DNA of 64,000 nucleotides from Nemertoderma westbladi (Eukaryota; Animalia; Xenacoelomorpha): contig JAUCBJ010001883.1 of assembly GCA_032718475.1 (NCBI GenBank), positions 1 to 64,000 on the forward strand. The letters run 5' to 3'. Made by a program: the position numbers and the translations under genes. Shown in pieces: positions 1 through 11,922 of this stretch (position 1 is its first letter; every line of letters starts with the position of its first letter). Below the pieces are notes generated by a model, which was given only the letters and a program-made list of their open reading frames with translations, did not search any database and was not told where the DNA came from.

Positions 1-142
1 GGGGGTTGGGGTTGGGGGGGGGGGGGGATTGCAAGGGCGTGTTTGTTTTCGTGGGGTCTGCGTTTCCTTCCCCAAACGTGAAAGATACAAAAGAAGCTCA
101 CAAAATTTATCAGCACAATAAGCTCGAATATACATGATAAAC

Positions 143-268
143 AGATTATCGCCTGTCCCAGAAGGTGATATACGGTTATAAAAACCTTCAGCAAATAAAT
201 CATGTATAACGATTTATTTGCTTCAGGTTTTATAACCGTATATCACCTTCTGGGACAGGCGATAATCT
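143..268. repeat. Near-perfect inverted repeat (about 58-bp arms, short loop); probable minimal MITE
   Basis: agattatcgcctgtcccagaaggtgatatacggttataaaaacc... is mirrored by ...ggttttataaccgtatatcaccttctgggacaggcgataatct. Confidence 0.85.
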
Positions 269-409
269 CTGTATATTAATTATTGTAAAAATAATGGGGA
301 TTATTGCTCTTCATTCAGTCAACTTTGTACTGTAATAAATACTATTCTGTGGCATTTTATTTATTTAATGAGTAGCTATGGCTAGTAAAATAATCAAGTA
401 CTTAATTAA

Positions 410-639
410 AGGCCATGATACACCACAGGAGCGGCGAGCGGCAGCAGCGGGCAGCCGCGGCGAGCGGCCGCTGTGAATGGCGACTTTTGGTATGATACAC
501 TATAGAAGCAGCGAGCGGCAGTGGCCATTTATGGTGTATCATCACACATAGAAAATAATGTGTTCTATTTTTAAAAAGTGGCCGCTCGCCGCGGCCGCTC
601 GCCGCTGCCGCTCGCCGCTCCTGTGGTGTATCATGGCCT
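410..639. mobile_element. PIF/Harbinger-type MITE
   Basis: TIRs aggccatgatacaccacaggagcggcgagcggcagc / reverse complement, flanked by TAA (407-409, 640-642), the 3-bp TWA TSD typical of Harbinger. Confidence 0.8.
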
Positions 640-867
640 TAATAATCTTCAAATAAATAATATGTTCCAAAATATTGTGTATTTATTAAATATAATAAAT
701 AGCTATATATCCTAGAACAATAATTTTTTTATTTAATTTTTGTTCTAGAATAGTGTATAATATATATTTTTGGTTCTAGAACTCTTCACTGTTGCCATGG
801 TAACAATGATTTATGTTATAAAAATGTAGTTCTATACGGAACTGTTACCGAAAGTAATAATAGTTGG

Positions 868-1689
868 TACTAGTGTGTTATAGGTACACCCCCCTCAAAT
901 TTTTTTGTAATAGCTTTTTTGCTATTTCTTTTTATGAAATGTTCTAGAACATGAGATACATTTGAAAAAAAATAATAAAATGTTCTAGAACAAATATTTT
1001 TTGTTCTAAAACAAATTTTAAAAAACTTACAAATTATATTTTTTGTTAGTATTTTTTTGAATTTTCTAGAATATTCGAATTTCTACAGCTAAGATTTGAC
1101 TTTCGCCCAACTAGCCGAATTTAGTTGGAAGCTTCTACACAAAGAAAACCCATTTTCTGCTCTGTTGGATTTGATCAGAAAATATTACCCGCTGTCTGCT
1201 AAATAATAAATATTATACAGTATACGTATTCTAAGCATAATCATTAATTTCTGAATGTAATGACCTCAATACAGTGAATTTTTTAATTTTAATTAGCTAT
1301 TAAAAACATATTCTAGCTAACCCACCCCCCCTCAAAAAAACCATCTTGCCAGCAACGATTAAAAATTATATGAAACAAATTCTAAATAAAATTAAAAAAA
1401 AATTTTATATTTTTTGAACTGTTCTAGAACAAAAACTATTTGTTCTAGAACTTTTTTTCCTAGTTCTGAATAGCTAGCATGTTCTAGAACATTATTAAAA
1501 AATAAAAATAGTACTTTAATTTTTTTAATTTTTTTTTAATTGTTCTAGAACAAAATTTTTTTTTTCTAGAACATGTATATATATTTTTTTTAATAGCTAA
1601 CATGTTCTAGAACCTGTTCATAAAAAGAAATAGCAAAAACTAGCTAGTAAAAAAAAATTGAGTGGGGGTGTACCTATAACACACTAGTG
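868..1689. mobile_element. Non-autonomous TIR element with CACTAG-like ends (CMC/CACTA-like) and many internal GTTCTAGAAC motifs
   Basis: About 85-bp imperfect TIRs (actagtgtgttataggtacacccc / ggggtgtacctataacacactagtg); more than 10 ttctagaa palindromes. No clear TSD. Confidence 0.7.
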
Positions 1690-2510
1690 CCCAATTTATT
1701 AACATACTTTATTAATTCGAAAAGTTTCATAGATTTTATTATATACCGTAACAATAATTTAAGGGAAATACAGTCCAGAAATAGGAATAAAATATTTGTG
1801 GGAGTCTGTGTACACATGTACAGTGTACATGTGTACACAGACTCCAAGTACTGTGTACAGTGCAATTCTGAAAAATATATATGTTAACTAGAGTTGAAAC
1901 AGAGACTTGTCACTGATCTCTGATCTCTGGATTCTCCGGGCTATTTTTTGGTCTCTGGATAGGTCTCTGGTTCCCGGGTATTGAAAACAGACATTTTACC
2001 CAGAGATCAGTGATTTTACAAATTAGAAATAGATATTTAAAAATAGATCCTGTACAACACAAAATGTGAAATGAAGATTATTTTTCACAAATTTTTTACA
2101 ATTAATTATTTCTTTAATTTTTAACTATTTTACATACTCCGCTTCAACACAATTATATATTCACTTTTACACTATTTCTAATAAATGTACCGATAATCTT
2201 CTATTTAATTAATTTAAGGTGCGTTTAATTTTAAGTTAAATTAGCACCTAAAGATGGTTCTTATTTAAGGATAAGGGCGCTTAATTTGAGCACTCATAAT
2301 GTTTAAAAGTGAAAGAAAGGGCTGTTCTCCATTCAATTTGTTATAGGATAGATAATATGACGACCAAATGGAGAGAACGAGCGTAACGAGGCTTGTAAAT
2401 GGGGCGAGTAGAGTACTATACCTGTGCACTAAGTATTCGTAAATGACTAAGTTTATAGTACATTGAAATGTTTATGATTTGAACAATTGTAAAATAAGTG
2501 CCTTTAATTA

Positions 2511-2868
2511 ACAAAGTACCGGTACCTATGGTGCAAAACAAATTAATGTAACATATTATTAACAATAACAAAATAAGAACGAATTAATAAACAAATAACC
2601 AAATTAATATTAATTAAGCCCCCCAAACTGTACGTGCGCTTATTTTCTTACAATGGGTCAGGGTTGAAATGGGTTGGATTTACTTTACTGTAATTGAACC
2701 ATAGAAAAATAGTTATAAGGCCGATGATGTACCTGTTTGTGCTTTAGGGGAGTAATCAAATTGTAAGTAGAAATACTAAGCAAAAAACAAAGTACCGGTA
2801 CTTATGGTGCAAAACAAATTAATGTAACATAATATTAACAATAACAAAATAAGACGAATTAATAAACA
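2511..2868 (+). repeat. About 83-bp direct repeat (2511-2593 and 2787-2868) just upstream of the patatin gene
   Basis: acaaagtaccggtac[c/t]tatggtgcaaaacaaattaatgtaacata...gaattaataaaca occurs twice. Confidence 0.85.
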
Positions 2869-2935
2869 TTATCTTAATTAATATATTAGTATTAAATTAA
2901 CTAACTTACCATTGCAACTTTATGTGCTCGAGATA

Positions 2936-4137
2936 ATGATGTACAGTTTAGACACTAAAGGAACAACAACTATTAACAACTTGGGTGAACCAGAAACAAT
3001 TAACGATATTAAAACGAATAGAGTACTGGCGCTATCTGGTGGTGGAATTAAAGGGATATCTGAAGCGGAAATACTTATAGAAATAGAGCAAAGAACAGGA
3101 AAATCGATTTCCAAGCTATTTTCTATTATTTCCGGTACAAGTGTAGGTGGTCTTATTGCGGCATTTCTAACAATCCCGAAAGAACCTGGTTCAAAGGAAC
3201 CAAAATATAGTGCTAGAGAAGTATTGGAGATATTTAAATCAAGTGCAAGCGAGATATTCCCTGGAACTTGTTTTGGTGAATTTAAACACTTTTTTACTCA
3301 CAAATTTAGTCAAAAACCTGTAAAAAAATTTTTAGAAGAATATTTTGGTGATAATAGACTGGATAGCACAACATGTCGCCTTGTTATACCAGTAAATGAT
3401 TTGAATGCCAATGGTGGAGAATTGATGATTTTTGACAGTTTCCATGGTTACAGTCCTCATATAAGAGTACAAGACGTGGTTCTTTCAACAACAGCTGCTC
3501 CTACTTATTTTAAAGCTGTTCAAGATAAAGCATATGTGCAGGGATACAATTATGCTTCAGGGACACCTTATGCATATGTTGACGGGGGCCTCGATGCCAA
3601 TAGACCAGCAAATGAAGTTCTAATTCTTCTTAAAAAAGGCTATATAGATAAAGAGAGAAATTTTACACGTGTAGACAAAAATCTTACCCGCGAAGTTCAA
3701 AACAAGATATTAGACAATACAATGGTTTGTGCAATAAACTTTAGCAGAGACATTGATCCTTCTAGCTCAATACCTAGTACATTTGACGGAATACTCGGTT
3801 GGCTTACTTCTGGAAAGTTGATTGACAGGGTTATATAAATAACGAGTATTCTTCATCTGATGAGGTTCAAAATGACTTGCCGGGAGAAAATGAATTTATT
3901 GAAATAGCGTTGCCTATCACAAAAGAAACTGAAAGTATGGATGATTCAAGTGTTAGTAATATAATAGCTTTGGAGGGGATAGGGCGTAAATATATAAGAC
4001 AGAATCACGAAGCCATTCAAAAATTATGTAACATTTTAGTTGATAATGTAAACAAAGAACAAGTAACGAAGATGCAGAGACCCCCGACTTCAGTGAACAT
4101 CAACGTTCGTCCTATCAAACCATCCCATGAACTTTAA
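2936..4137 (+). pseudogene. pat1: Patatin-like phospholipase A2, Rickettsia Pat1-like; intronless, one frameshift near 3835
   Basis: Intact GGGIKG oxyanion motif, GTSVG (GxSxG), AAPTYF and DGG. Stretches such as NDIKTNRVLALSGGGIKG, IEQRTGKSIS, FDSFHGYSPH, GYNYASGTPYAY and GRKYIRQN..IQKLC match Rickettsia patatins as I recall them. After DRVI* the similar sequence continues in another frame (NNEYSSSDEVQNDLPGENEF...). Confidence 0.8.
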
Positions 4138-4740
4138 ATTATATTAAAAAAATAGACATGGAACAAAAATAGTTGAGAATAATAATATTAAACTAATTCA
4201 CATTGATATCTATGGCATTTCACTTGAATTGTGTATTTTGCATGTATTTTAGAATTGCGGTCAATAATACTGATCTACTGTGTAAATGATATGTTTAGTT
4301 TGATAAGTCCTGAGATTATTAGATTATCTAATTATAGTCCATTAGAGAACTGAGAGGAACATTAGATTTTTTGAAAATAAAATAAAATAACATTTTTTTG
4401 TTTTAACATTCATAGATATAACAACATTAATTAATAAATATTATCACCTTTAAACGTGTGAGAGTTTATTAACCTACTGTACTGGAACTAGGGAATCGGT
4501 GAATAACTAAAAAAAAGAAAGGAAATTCTGGGCATGAGGTAATAGAAGTGAGTTTAAAAGGTCGGACACATTTATGGTGTAGTTACCGGTTCGTGACATC
4601 CTACACATTTTGTGGAATATTGCTAAACTCACTCAATTCTTGTTTTGAAGGTGTCTACATCCATTGAATCAATGATAGTGGTTCGAATATCAGAGCAAAA
4701 TAGGTAAAAAAGTTCGCCATCCCGAAAATTTAATTAAATT

Positions 4741-5663
4741 ATCGAGTGTTGAAAAATATCGAGAGTAAAAATATCGAGTGTTAAAAATATCGAAAGTAAA
4801 AATATCGTAAGTAAAAATATCGTATATAGTAAAATTTTTTTAATTAGGGTTTTATTATCATTTTTATCTGAAAAATGTTCTACTGTAGAACAAAAAAATG
4901 TGTTCTAGAACAAAAACATTTATCAAAATTGGTAGCTTACACGTGTTCTATAAAATAGAGTAGTAAATATAAAATAGTAATAATAAATAGTAATAGTAAA
5001 AATAAAGTAGAAAATACTAGCTAGTATAAAAAATTAAAAATGTGATCTAGAACTAAAAAATGTGTTCTAGAATGGAAATATTTATCAAAATTGATAGCTT
5101 GCACATCTTCTATAATATTTATTTAAAAAAATAGCAAAAAATAGCTAGTATAATAAATTCCTGTTAAAGGGGCACCCAAGGTGTATTAATGCCACATACT
5201 TGCACTTGCACTATTGAAACCCATGCACTGCAATATTGTCCCATAATTCAAAATAAAATGCTCACGCAAAATGCAATATTTTTACTATCGATATTTTTAC
5301 TATCGACATTTTTACTCTCGATATTTTTCAACACTTGAAATTTTTCAACACTCGATTTTTTTACTCTCGATATTTTTACTCTTGATATTTATTTTTACTC
5401 TCGATATTTTTACTCTCGATATTTTTACTCTCGATATTTTTACTCTCGATATTTTTACTCTCGATATTTTTACTCTCGATATTTTTACTCTCGATATTTT
5501 TCAACACTCGAGATTTTTACACTCGATATTTTTACTCTCGATATTTTTACTTTCGATATTTTTACTCTCGATATTTTTACTCTCGATAATATCGTTACTT
5601 TTTCAACCCTCGATATTTTTAGTCGCGTTATTTTTCAAGTCTCGATATTTTTCACCATTACCG
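4741..5663. repeat. Oppositely oriented arrays of a 15-bp unit (atatttttactctcg), probably subterminal repeats of a DNA transposon, with a GTTCTAGAAC-family fragment between them
   Basis: About 5 copies of atcgagagtaaaaat at 4741-4822 and more than 20 copies of the reverse complement at about 5277-5650. Confidence 0.7.
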
Positions 5664-6005
5664 ATTTTTTTAAGGGTAATTTTGCGAAATACTGTGCGGA
5701 AGTGTCAATGTTCAGTCCCCCCCCCCCCCCCCCCCCTCCCCCGGTGGGCGCATGATCCTGTCATCAAAAATGAAAAATGGTTGAGCGGGTATATGAACAA
5801 ACCAAATTATGTTTTTAGGTGTGTTTTGTATGATTTTGGGTGTATTTTGAACACATTGTGTTATCAGTAGGCCAACTTCATTGAAAGAATAATCTATATA
5901 TGTGCTAGCCTAATAAATAGGTATAGGATAGCCTAAATAATTTCTAGAAAAATAAATCAACAATATTTTACATCTCATTTGGCAACTTTTTGAAGATACA
6001 GTATA

Positions 6006-6877
6006 CACCATGTCCCAGAATATAGTGTCGTAATTCAGTGACACGCCCCCCCCCCCCCCCTAATTTTTTTACAAATCGTAATGAGATTGCATGAAATTTG
6101 AAACAGAGATAGTTTCACCTCCCGACCACTGACTGGGTGAGCCAGAATTTTTATTTTTGCTTTCAATCTTTAGCTACAAGCGTTTAAAAAAAGTGTCTCC
6201 AGCGATATTACACCAGTTACACCGCAGTTATTATTCAACCTTAAAGCTAGTTGGTACCAATGGAAAGCTGGCCGCATGCAAGGATTCCAAATATGTAACA
6301 CAATATGAATTTCGTTGAAAAATAGCAGAGATATGGGCGTTCAAATGTTGCATGGTTATGCACCTGCGCGAGGCTATTATATTCTATTTAATAAATACAT
6401 CATAATCTGTAATATTTTGTTTATCCAAATACTGGGCAACAATGCATTACATCTTTAATCCTACTATTACGTAGCTATTCACACATTTAAAAAATGTTCC
6501 AGAATATGGTATATTTATTAAATAGAATAAAATAGCCTCGCGTCGTTGCAAAACCATGCAACGAAATTCAAATTGTGTTACATATTTGGAATCCTTGCAT
6601 GGCCAGCTTTCCATTGGCACCAACAAACAACCATAAGGTAGAAGAACAAATGCGGTGTAACTGGTGTGATATCGCTGGAGACACTTTTTTTAAACGCTTG
6701 TAGCTAAAGATTGAAAGCAAAAATAAAAATTCTGGCTCACCCAGTCAGTGGTCCGGAGGTGAAACTATCTCTGTTTCAAATTTCATGCAATCTCATTACG
6801 ATTTGTAGAAAATTAGGGGGGGGGGGGGGGGGGGGGGCGTGTCACTGAATTACGACACTATATTCTGGGACATGGTG
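6006..6877. mobile_element. Tc1/mariner-type long-TIR MITE
   Basis: About 390-bp TIRs starting caccatgtcccagaa, with TA on both sides (6004-6005, 6878-6879) and poly-C/poly-G runs in the TIRs. Confidence 0.85.
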
Positions 6878-7149
6878 TATTGTACGTATTACAAACGAAT
6901 GATGTGGCAACACAACCTTGTTGTTTAAAAATTATCAAGTAAGTTAATGAGTTACCTGTAATTATTTATAATAATATCATACACATCACTACTGATAGGT
7001 GTCTCTATCTAACATTCAGGTTACCGTTATTATCAATTAAAACCTGTTACTTTATTTGTTGAGTAATACAATTACTGACTGATTAGGCCACAATTAAAAT
7101 ATATTTAACAAGTTAATTGTATGTAATATTATTGTCCACATATGTTGAT

Positions 7150-7353
7150 CTATTTCCTTAGAGCCCTTACTATGCGTTTTAGTAAGTGCTTCGGGTGGTA
7201 GGATCTTTTTCCCAAGTAGCACATTAAGTGTGGATCCTCTGGGCAAAGAAGCTCTCTTTTAATTGCGTTCATAAATTTGGAATCGGAATAATTGTCAATA
7301 GTATCACGAGCGAGGTATCCCTGGAAATCTGTGAAATCATTTGGGTTCTCATT
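7150..7353 (-). CDS. Putative terminal exon of a secreted neuropeptide-like precursor
   Basis: Acceptor tcttttttcag at 7354; phase-0 open frame NENPNDFTDFQGYLARDTIDNYSDSKFMNAIKR-ELLCPEDPHLMCYL-GKR-SYHPKHLLKRIVRALRK*; minus-strand AATAAA at 7051-7056. Confidence 0.55.
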   Translation of the reverse strand, partial: NENPNDFTDFQGYLARDTIDNYSDSKFMNAIKRELLCPEDPHLMCYLGKRSYHPKHLLKRIVRALRK

Positions 7354-7475
7354 CTGAAAAAAGATACAAAAAATACATTAGGTACTACAACAAAGTATTG
7401 TTGTACTACAGTAAAGAAAAGTACCGCCTTTCCAACCGTTCGGCTAGGAATTACTAGTTTTTCGCTATGAGTATA

Positions 7476-7529
7476 ACCAAGGACTTCTAGAACATAGTAT
7501 ATATATACTATGTTCTAGAAGTCCTTGGT
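7476..7529. repeat. Perfect 54-bp palindrome
   Basis: accaaggacttctagaacatagtatat|atatactatgttctagaagtccttggt; the core 7477-7528 is flanked by tataa on both sides. Confidence 0.9.
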
Positions 7530-8867
7530 ATAACACCGTCAAATAGGATTTATAAAGATAAATAGGAATATCTGTAGCTGCACATAATTTCGCAGCACCA
7601 GGAATAGTGAAACTACAGAAAAACTAAACAAGCACAACCGGACCGACAACAGCAATACAGTAGGTACGTACACAGTGCAGTATCGGCCTACAGCCCGACT
7701 CCATAGTTACCAAAATCAAATTCCTATTAAAGTACAGCTCTGAAAATTAAATATAAATGTCATAGGTCCACTAAATAAACCAACATAAAAACTAACTACT
7801 ATAAATTAAAGCAAATTTAAGTCGCCATCCATTTTCATATTGTCTATTATACTGGCTGTTCAATGTGGATTTTTCCACCTAATGAGGTATTTCTCACGAA
7901 CTTTTCTGTACGCGTTATGTATTAACGATCCGAAAAGGTCCCTTGCGATTCTTGCACCCCGGGTGTTTTTCAAATGTTCACAAATTGCCACCTTAAGGTT
8001 ACCGTTCGTGCCTCATTATGCGATCCATAATCCGTCCAACATTCTCCCCTATGTAGTTTTCCCTGACGTCTACTGTATGTGCTTACTTACGTTGCAAAGT
8101 ATCTCGTACACCACGTTGTGTACTGTAGGCTACAGTTCCTAACGCCATGCAGAAAACAGTAACTTTCTATGCTTGGGAGGGAAGGGCACATGTATGTCTT
8201 TTTAGTAAAGGCTGGGCCTAACTAAATGTCTTTCACTTTCTCACCAGCGGTCGTCTCCAGTCGTATGTATTGTATAGTCTCAGTGAACCACGTATATTGT
8301 CAAGGATACGGCTTCGTAGACATTCGTCCACATATGAAATAAGCAAAGGAACAGGGGAGGGTCTAGTAATAATGTGTTCGTGTGTCTGGGTGTACCTGCA
8401 GGGGTGCCGGGTCATACGTAATAGGAAGTAAGATTGAGTTAGACAATGATTCTGGTACATTTTTATATGCTGCATCCGCCAGTCGCGACGGCTAAAGCAT
8501 ACCATTAATATTTATGAAAATATTTACGTTTAAAAGATACTCCCTTTCAGCATTGAGAATCAAAAAGGAGTAAGTGTGTAAGATACTGCATTATTTTTAC
8601 CATTCACTGAGATCAAACCAATATTGGCGGGTATTATGAAATGTGGATGGGTGTCAGTCAGTCACTACAGTCAGGCAGCAGGGTAATGAAATTTAATTAT
8701 TATCAGTTTGTGGTATGCAGTATCAATTCTCAATGAATATTTTGGTGTACTTTAAGTCATATTCACTCGTACTGTCCAGCAGTGTACCTAATACCTAATA
8801 CTAATACTAGGGGAGTTATCCCTTAGCCATAACAGACGGCGAATGAGGAGAAATCATTGAGGAGAAT

Positions 8868-8988
8868 GACGAACTGTTATTTTCCAATTGTTTTAATTTG
8901 TGGCTCTTAAATTGCGAATTAATGTACAGTACATTAATTCGCAATTTAAGAGCCACAAATTAAAACAATCGGAAAATAACAGTTCGTC
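8868..8988. repeat. Near-perfect 121-bp palindrome with a 1-nt loop
   Basis: gacgaactgttattttcc...aatgtac-a-gtacatt...ggaaaataacagttcgtc. Confidence 0.9.
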
Positions 8989-9605
8989 GGCTTGTGTTTA
9001 AGTCACGAATGGAAAAATTAAACAGCTGGGAAATAACGGTTTAGTGGGGGTTTAAATTTATTTATTAAAAAGGCTTCAGTATGAATTCTTTCAGCATGGG
9101 ATCTGAAAGACGTATAAACTGCCGCCTTTAACAATCCGTCGCAATCTAGAAAATGCTCCCCTAATAAATATTCGCCGTCTCTTATACCATAATACCGGTT
9201 GCAGGTACACCATAATTTTGCATAACGCCGCCACTAGGCCTATCCAATGCGAATCAAGCAGGCACAAATTTGCAAGTAGGAGTAGATAAACTATTAACGC
9301 ATGCATTAACATTTTCGCATGCAAACCAAGTGAATTTTTTTTAAGCACAGTAGGCTAATACAGACCCTTTTTGTAATTATAGAATTTGCTAAATGCACGT
9401 AAGTTAAGTTGGGCGCCAAGGGCAAGGCACGCCATTCCCGCAAAGTGTGCAGGAGAAGCCCGCTAAGGCGGCGCAAGACCCCCAAAGGCCACAAAATTCC
9501 ATATCGGTACCGGTTCACAGTCACTATACAGTACATACTGTATGATATACACAGTAGGAATACCATAGGCCTGAATTAATATAGGCCTGGGGCAAGTTAG
9601 GATAT

Positions 9606-9994
9606 CACTGGTAAAGCTTGTGTGACCATTTTTGCAAATTGTTCTTTTTGAATTTTTGTTGTTTATTTATTGGTGAATGTTGTAGAACCTTAGTAGATAT
9701 TTTCTAATGGTAGCTAGTGTTTTTTATTCGCTAGTATTTTTTGAAAATGTAAACAAAATTAATATACACTGTAAACTGCTATAATATCCTCAATATGTTT
9801 TGTCATTTTATATTCTGCAACAGTTTAAACCTGAAATATCAATGTTTTCACATTTTTATATAATTTCAAAAAATACAAGGTAGTAAAAAAAACATTAGCT
9901 ACCATAAAAAACATATCTACTAATGTTCTAGAACACTTACCAATAACAAAAATTAAAATTCACGTATTTTTAAAATTTACAAAATGGTTACACA
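9606..9994. mobile_element. CACTG-ended MITE whose right TIR is split by the BEL element (remainder at 28364-28376)
   Basis: Left end cactggtaaagcttgtgtgaccatttt; removing the BEL element and one ACACA restores aaaatggttacacaagctataccagtg, its reverse complement. Confidence 0.75.
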
Positions 9995-11922
9995 TATATG
10001 AAGAGACAATAACAAATACACGAATCCTGCAATATCATACTATAGAGTCTGTGAATCAAAGCATAAATCCGACCTTCTCACCAAAACAGTAAACTCCAAG
10101 TAGGCAAACCTATTGCAGTATCGGTCTCTTATAACCGGTGAGGCAGAAAACAGTCTACGAACGGACAAACTTCGATAAAACAAAATCCCGCGCAGCGAAT
10201 CCTAAAATCGGGCTGACTCACTGACGGACTAAAGGCGCTCGTATACTTTGCCGCGGTGTGATTTATATGATGAAAAAGACGCTAGCTACAAATATAACCA
10301 GCGGGAAAATCCGCAGTGTGAACAAATTATTTTATATATTTTGAGGTGCAAATAATTCCTAAACGCGCGTGTGTTTTAATTCATAGGTCAAAATTGATTT
10401 TTATCCTTCATATACTCTCATTTACTGGGTCCGGCGTTTATTTTACAAATATTCTAATATTTTGGTAACTTGTAGGTCCAATACTTACAAATAATAAGGC
10501 TCCTTCCCCTTTCATGTATTTCCAGGACTCAAATTCAGGCATAGGGTTAATGCTACGCCCAGAATTCGGCAATTTAATTTACCAGGTCCCTAATACTAAG
10601 AAGAAATGTGTTAGTTTACTACTGTAGGCGTACGGTTACAAATAGCTATCCTGGCTCTTATCTGGAATTTTAGTCACCTAGGTAGGCTGGGTAACTTCCT
10701 ATCAGGACGTTGGCGGGGACACGGTAGGTGTTAGTATCCCTAAATAGCCTTAATTTATTTGTGCCTAGTTGTAAACTGCCCTACCGCCTGAACGGTATAA
10801 TCTCAATTCAGGGAAAACACAGCAATCCTCTCCTGGCCTACAAGTTCCAACGCAAGCAATAAACACCGTGTACTGCCGACAAGCCACCAACGCACCTATA
10901 CCTGACAATGAGTTAGGCGTACAGTTTTGCTGCACCCTACCAATGTACATGCCGGGTAATGGTGTGCCTGTGTCCTATCTGCGTACGGGTATCTCTGTCT
11001 AACTTTCCTTTTCTCCCCGTAGGAATATGAAGGGGTTCTGCGGGTTTTCCAAGAATTGGGACAATACAGTTCTTAATTTAAATTTTGGCGTACAGTGTGT
11101 CGCTACTCCTACCGTCGATCTTAGGTCTTACACTTAGGTAGCGAAGCATCGAACACTGTCTAACCTTCAGGCGATGGGCGAATAACTCGAATAGATATTG
11201 TGGGCGGTCTCCTGTTCATATTCCCCGATGTTCCCGTTCACTGCTGCAGCCCGATGTCTAGCCGGCCATCCTGTTCTTTAGGGGCGTTCACCGTGGTGAA
11301 ACATAGTAAAACAGATAGGAAAAAGGCAGATATAACAAGTATTTTTAACTTTTATTACAAAAGGATATACATAAACGTAACAAGAAACTAATAGATAACT
11401 AATAAAGATAATCTAAAGCACGAATGATTGAGATAACTAATGATAGATAGAAGTATACGATTGAGATTGATAACTAATGATCGAAATCGCACCTTTTATA
11501 GCAAATTTGTCCTGCAATCAATCGAGAAAATTCTCGATTGTTCTATGAGTTCTAATAGGTTTTTAAAGATAACTATTGGTCCAGCGAATATATAACTTGC
11601 ACGACATTGGTTATAATCTAATAACTACAGTCCCATTGGTTAATCTAGGTACAGACAAATGCAATTTAAATTGTAGCGGTCAATTTAAATGAGTTGAAAT
11701 TCTGTACAAAAAATAATTCGCACCTACAAGGATTCGAACTCAATACCTACTACATATAATTTCCAACGCTCTACCGACTGAGCTGCTGAACCACTTGAAT
11801 AATCATCGTACAAATAGATATAGTAAATACAAATGAGGACTCAATGTAATCTTTTAGCAAAGTTAATTCGAATAAAATAAAATTTTGAAAATCCACGGCA
11901 TTTATGAGAATATAATTCTATA
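9995..11922 (-). repeat. 3' LTR of the BEL element (1928 bp)
   Basis: Direct repeat of 26787-28358. Contains minus-strand TATAAAA (about 11493-11499) and AATAAA (11351-11356). Preceded on the minus strand by a short purine-rich tract ggagcgg. Confidence 0.92.
11718..11792 (-). promoter_or_regulatory. tRNA-derived A-box/B-box cassette in the LTR (second copy at 28154-28228)
   Basis: Minus strand: ggttcagcAGCTCAGTCGGTAGAGCgttgg...GAGTTCGAATCCttgtaggtgcga followed by a T6 run. The acceptor stem does not pair, so it is not a functional tRNA. Confidence 0.65.

Noticed and set aside
5271-5870. 199-aa FTLDI-repeat ORF
   Set aside because: It is a by-product of a 15-bp tandem repeat and a poly-C run.
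7840-9566. Several 80-100 aa ORFs
   Set aside because: No recognisable domains or consistent splice structure.
11718-11792. Functional tRNA gene
   Set aside because: Acceptor and anticodon stems do not pair; only the A and B boxes survive.
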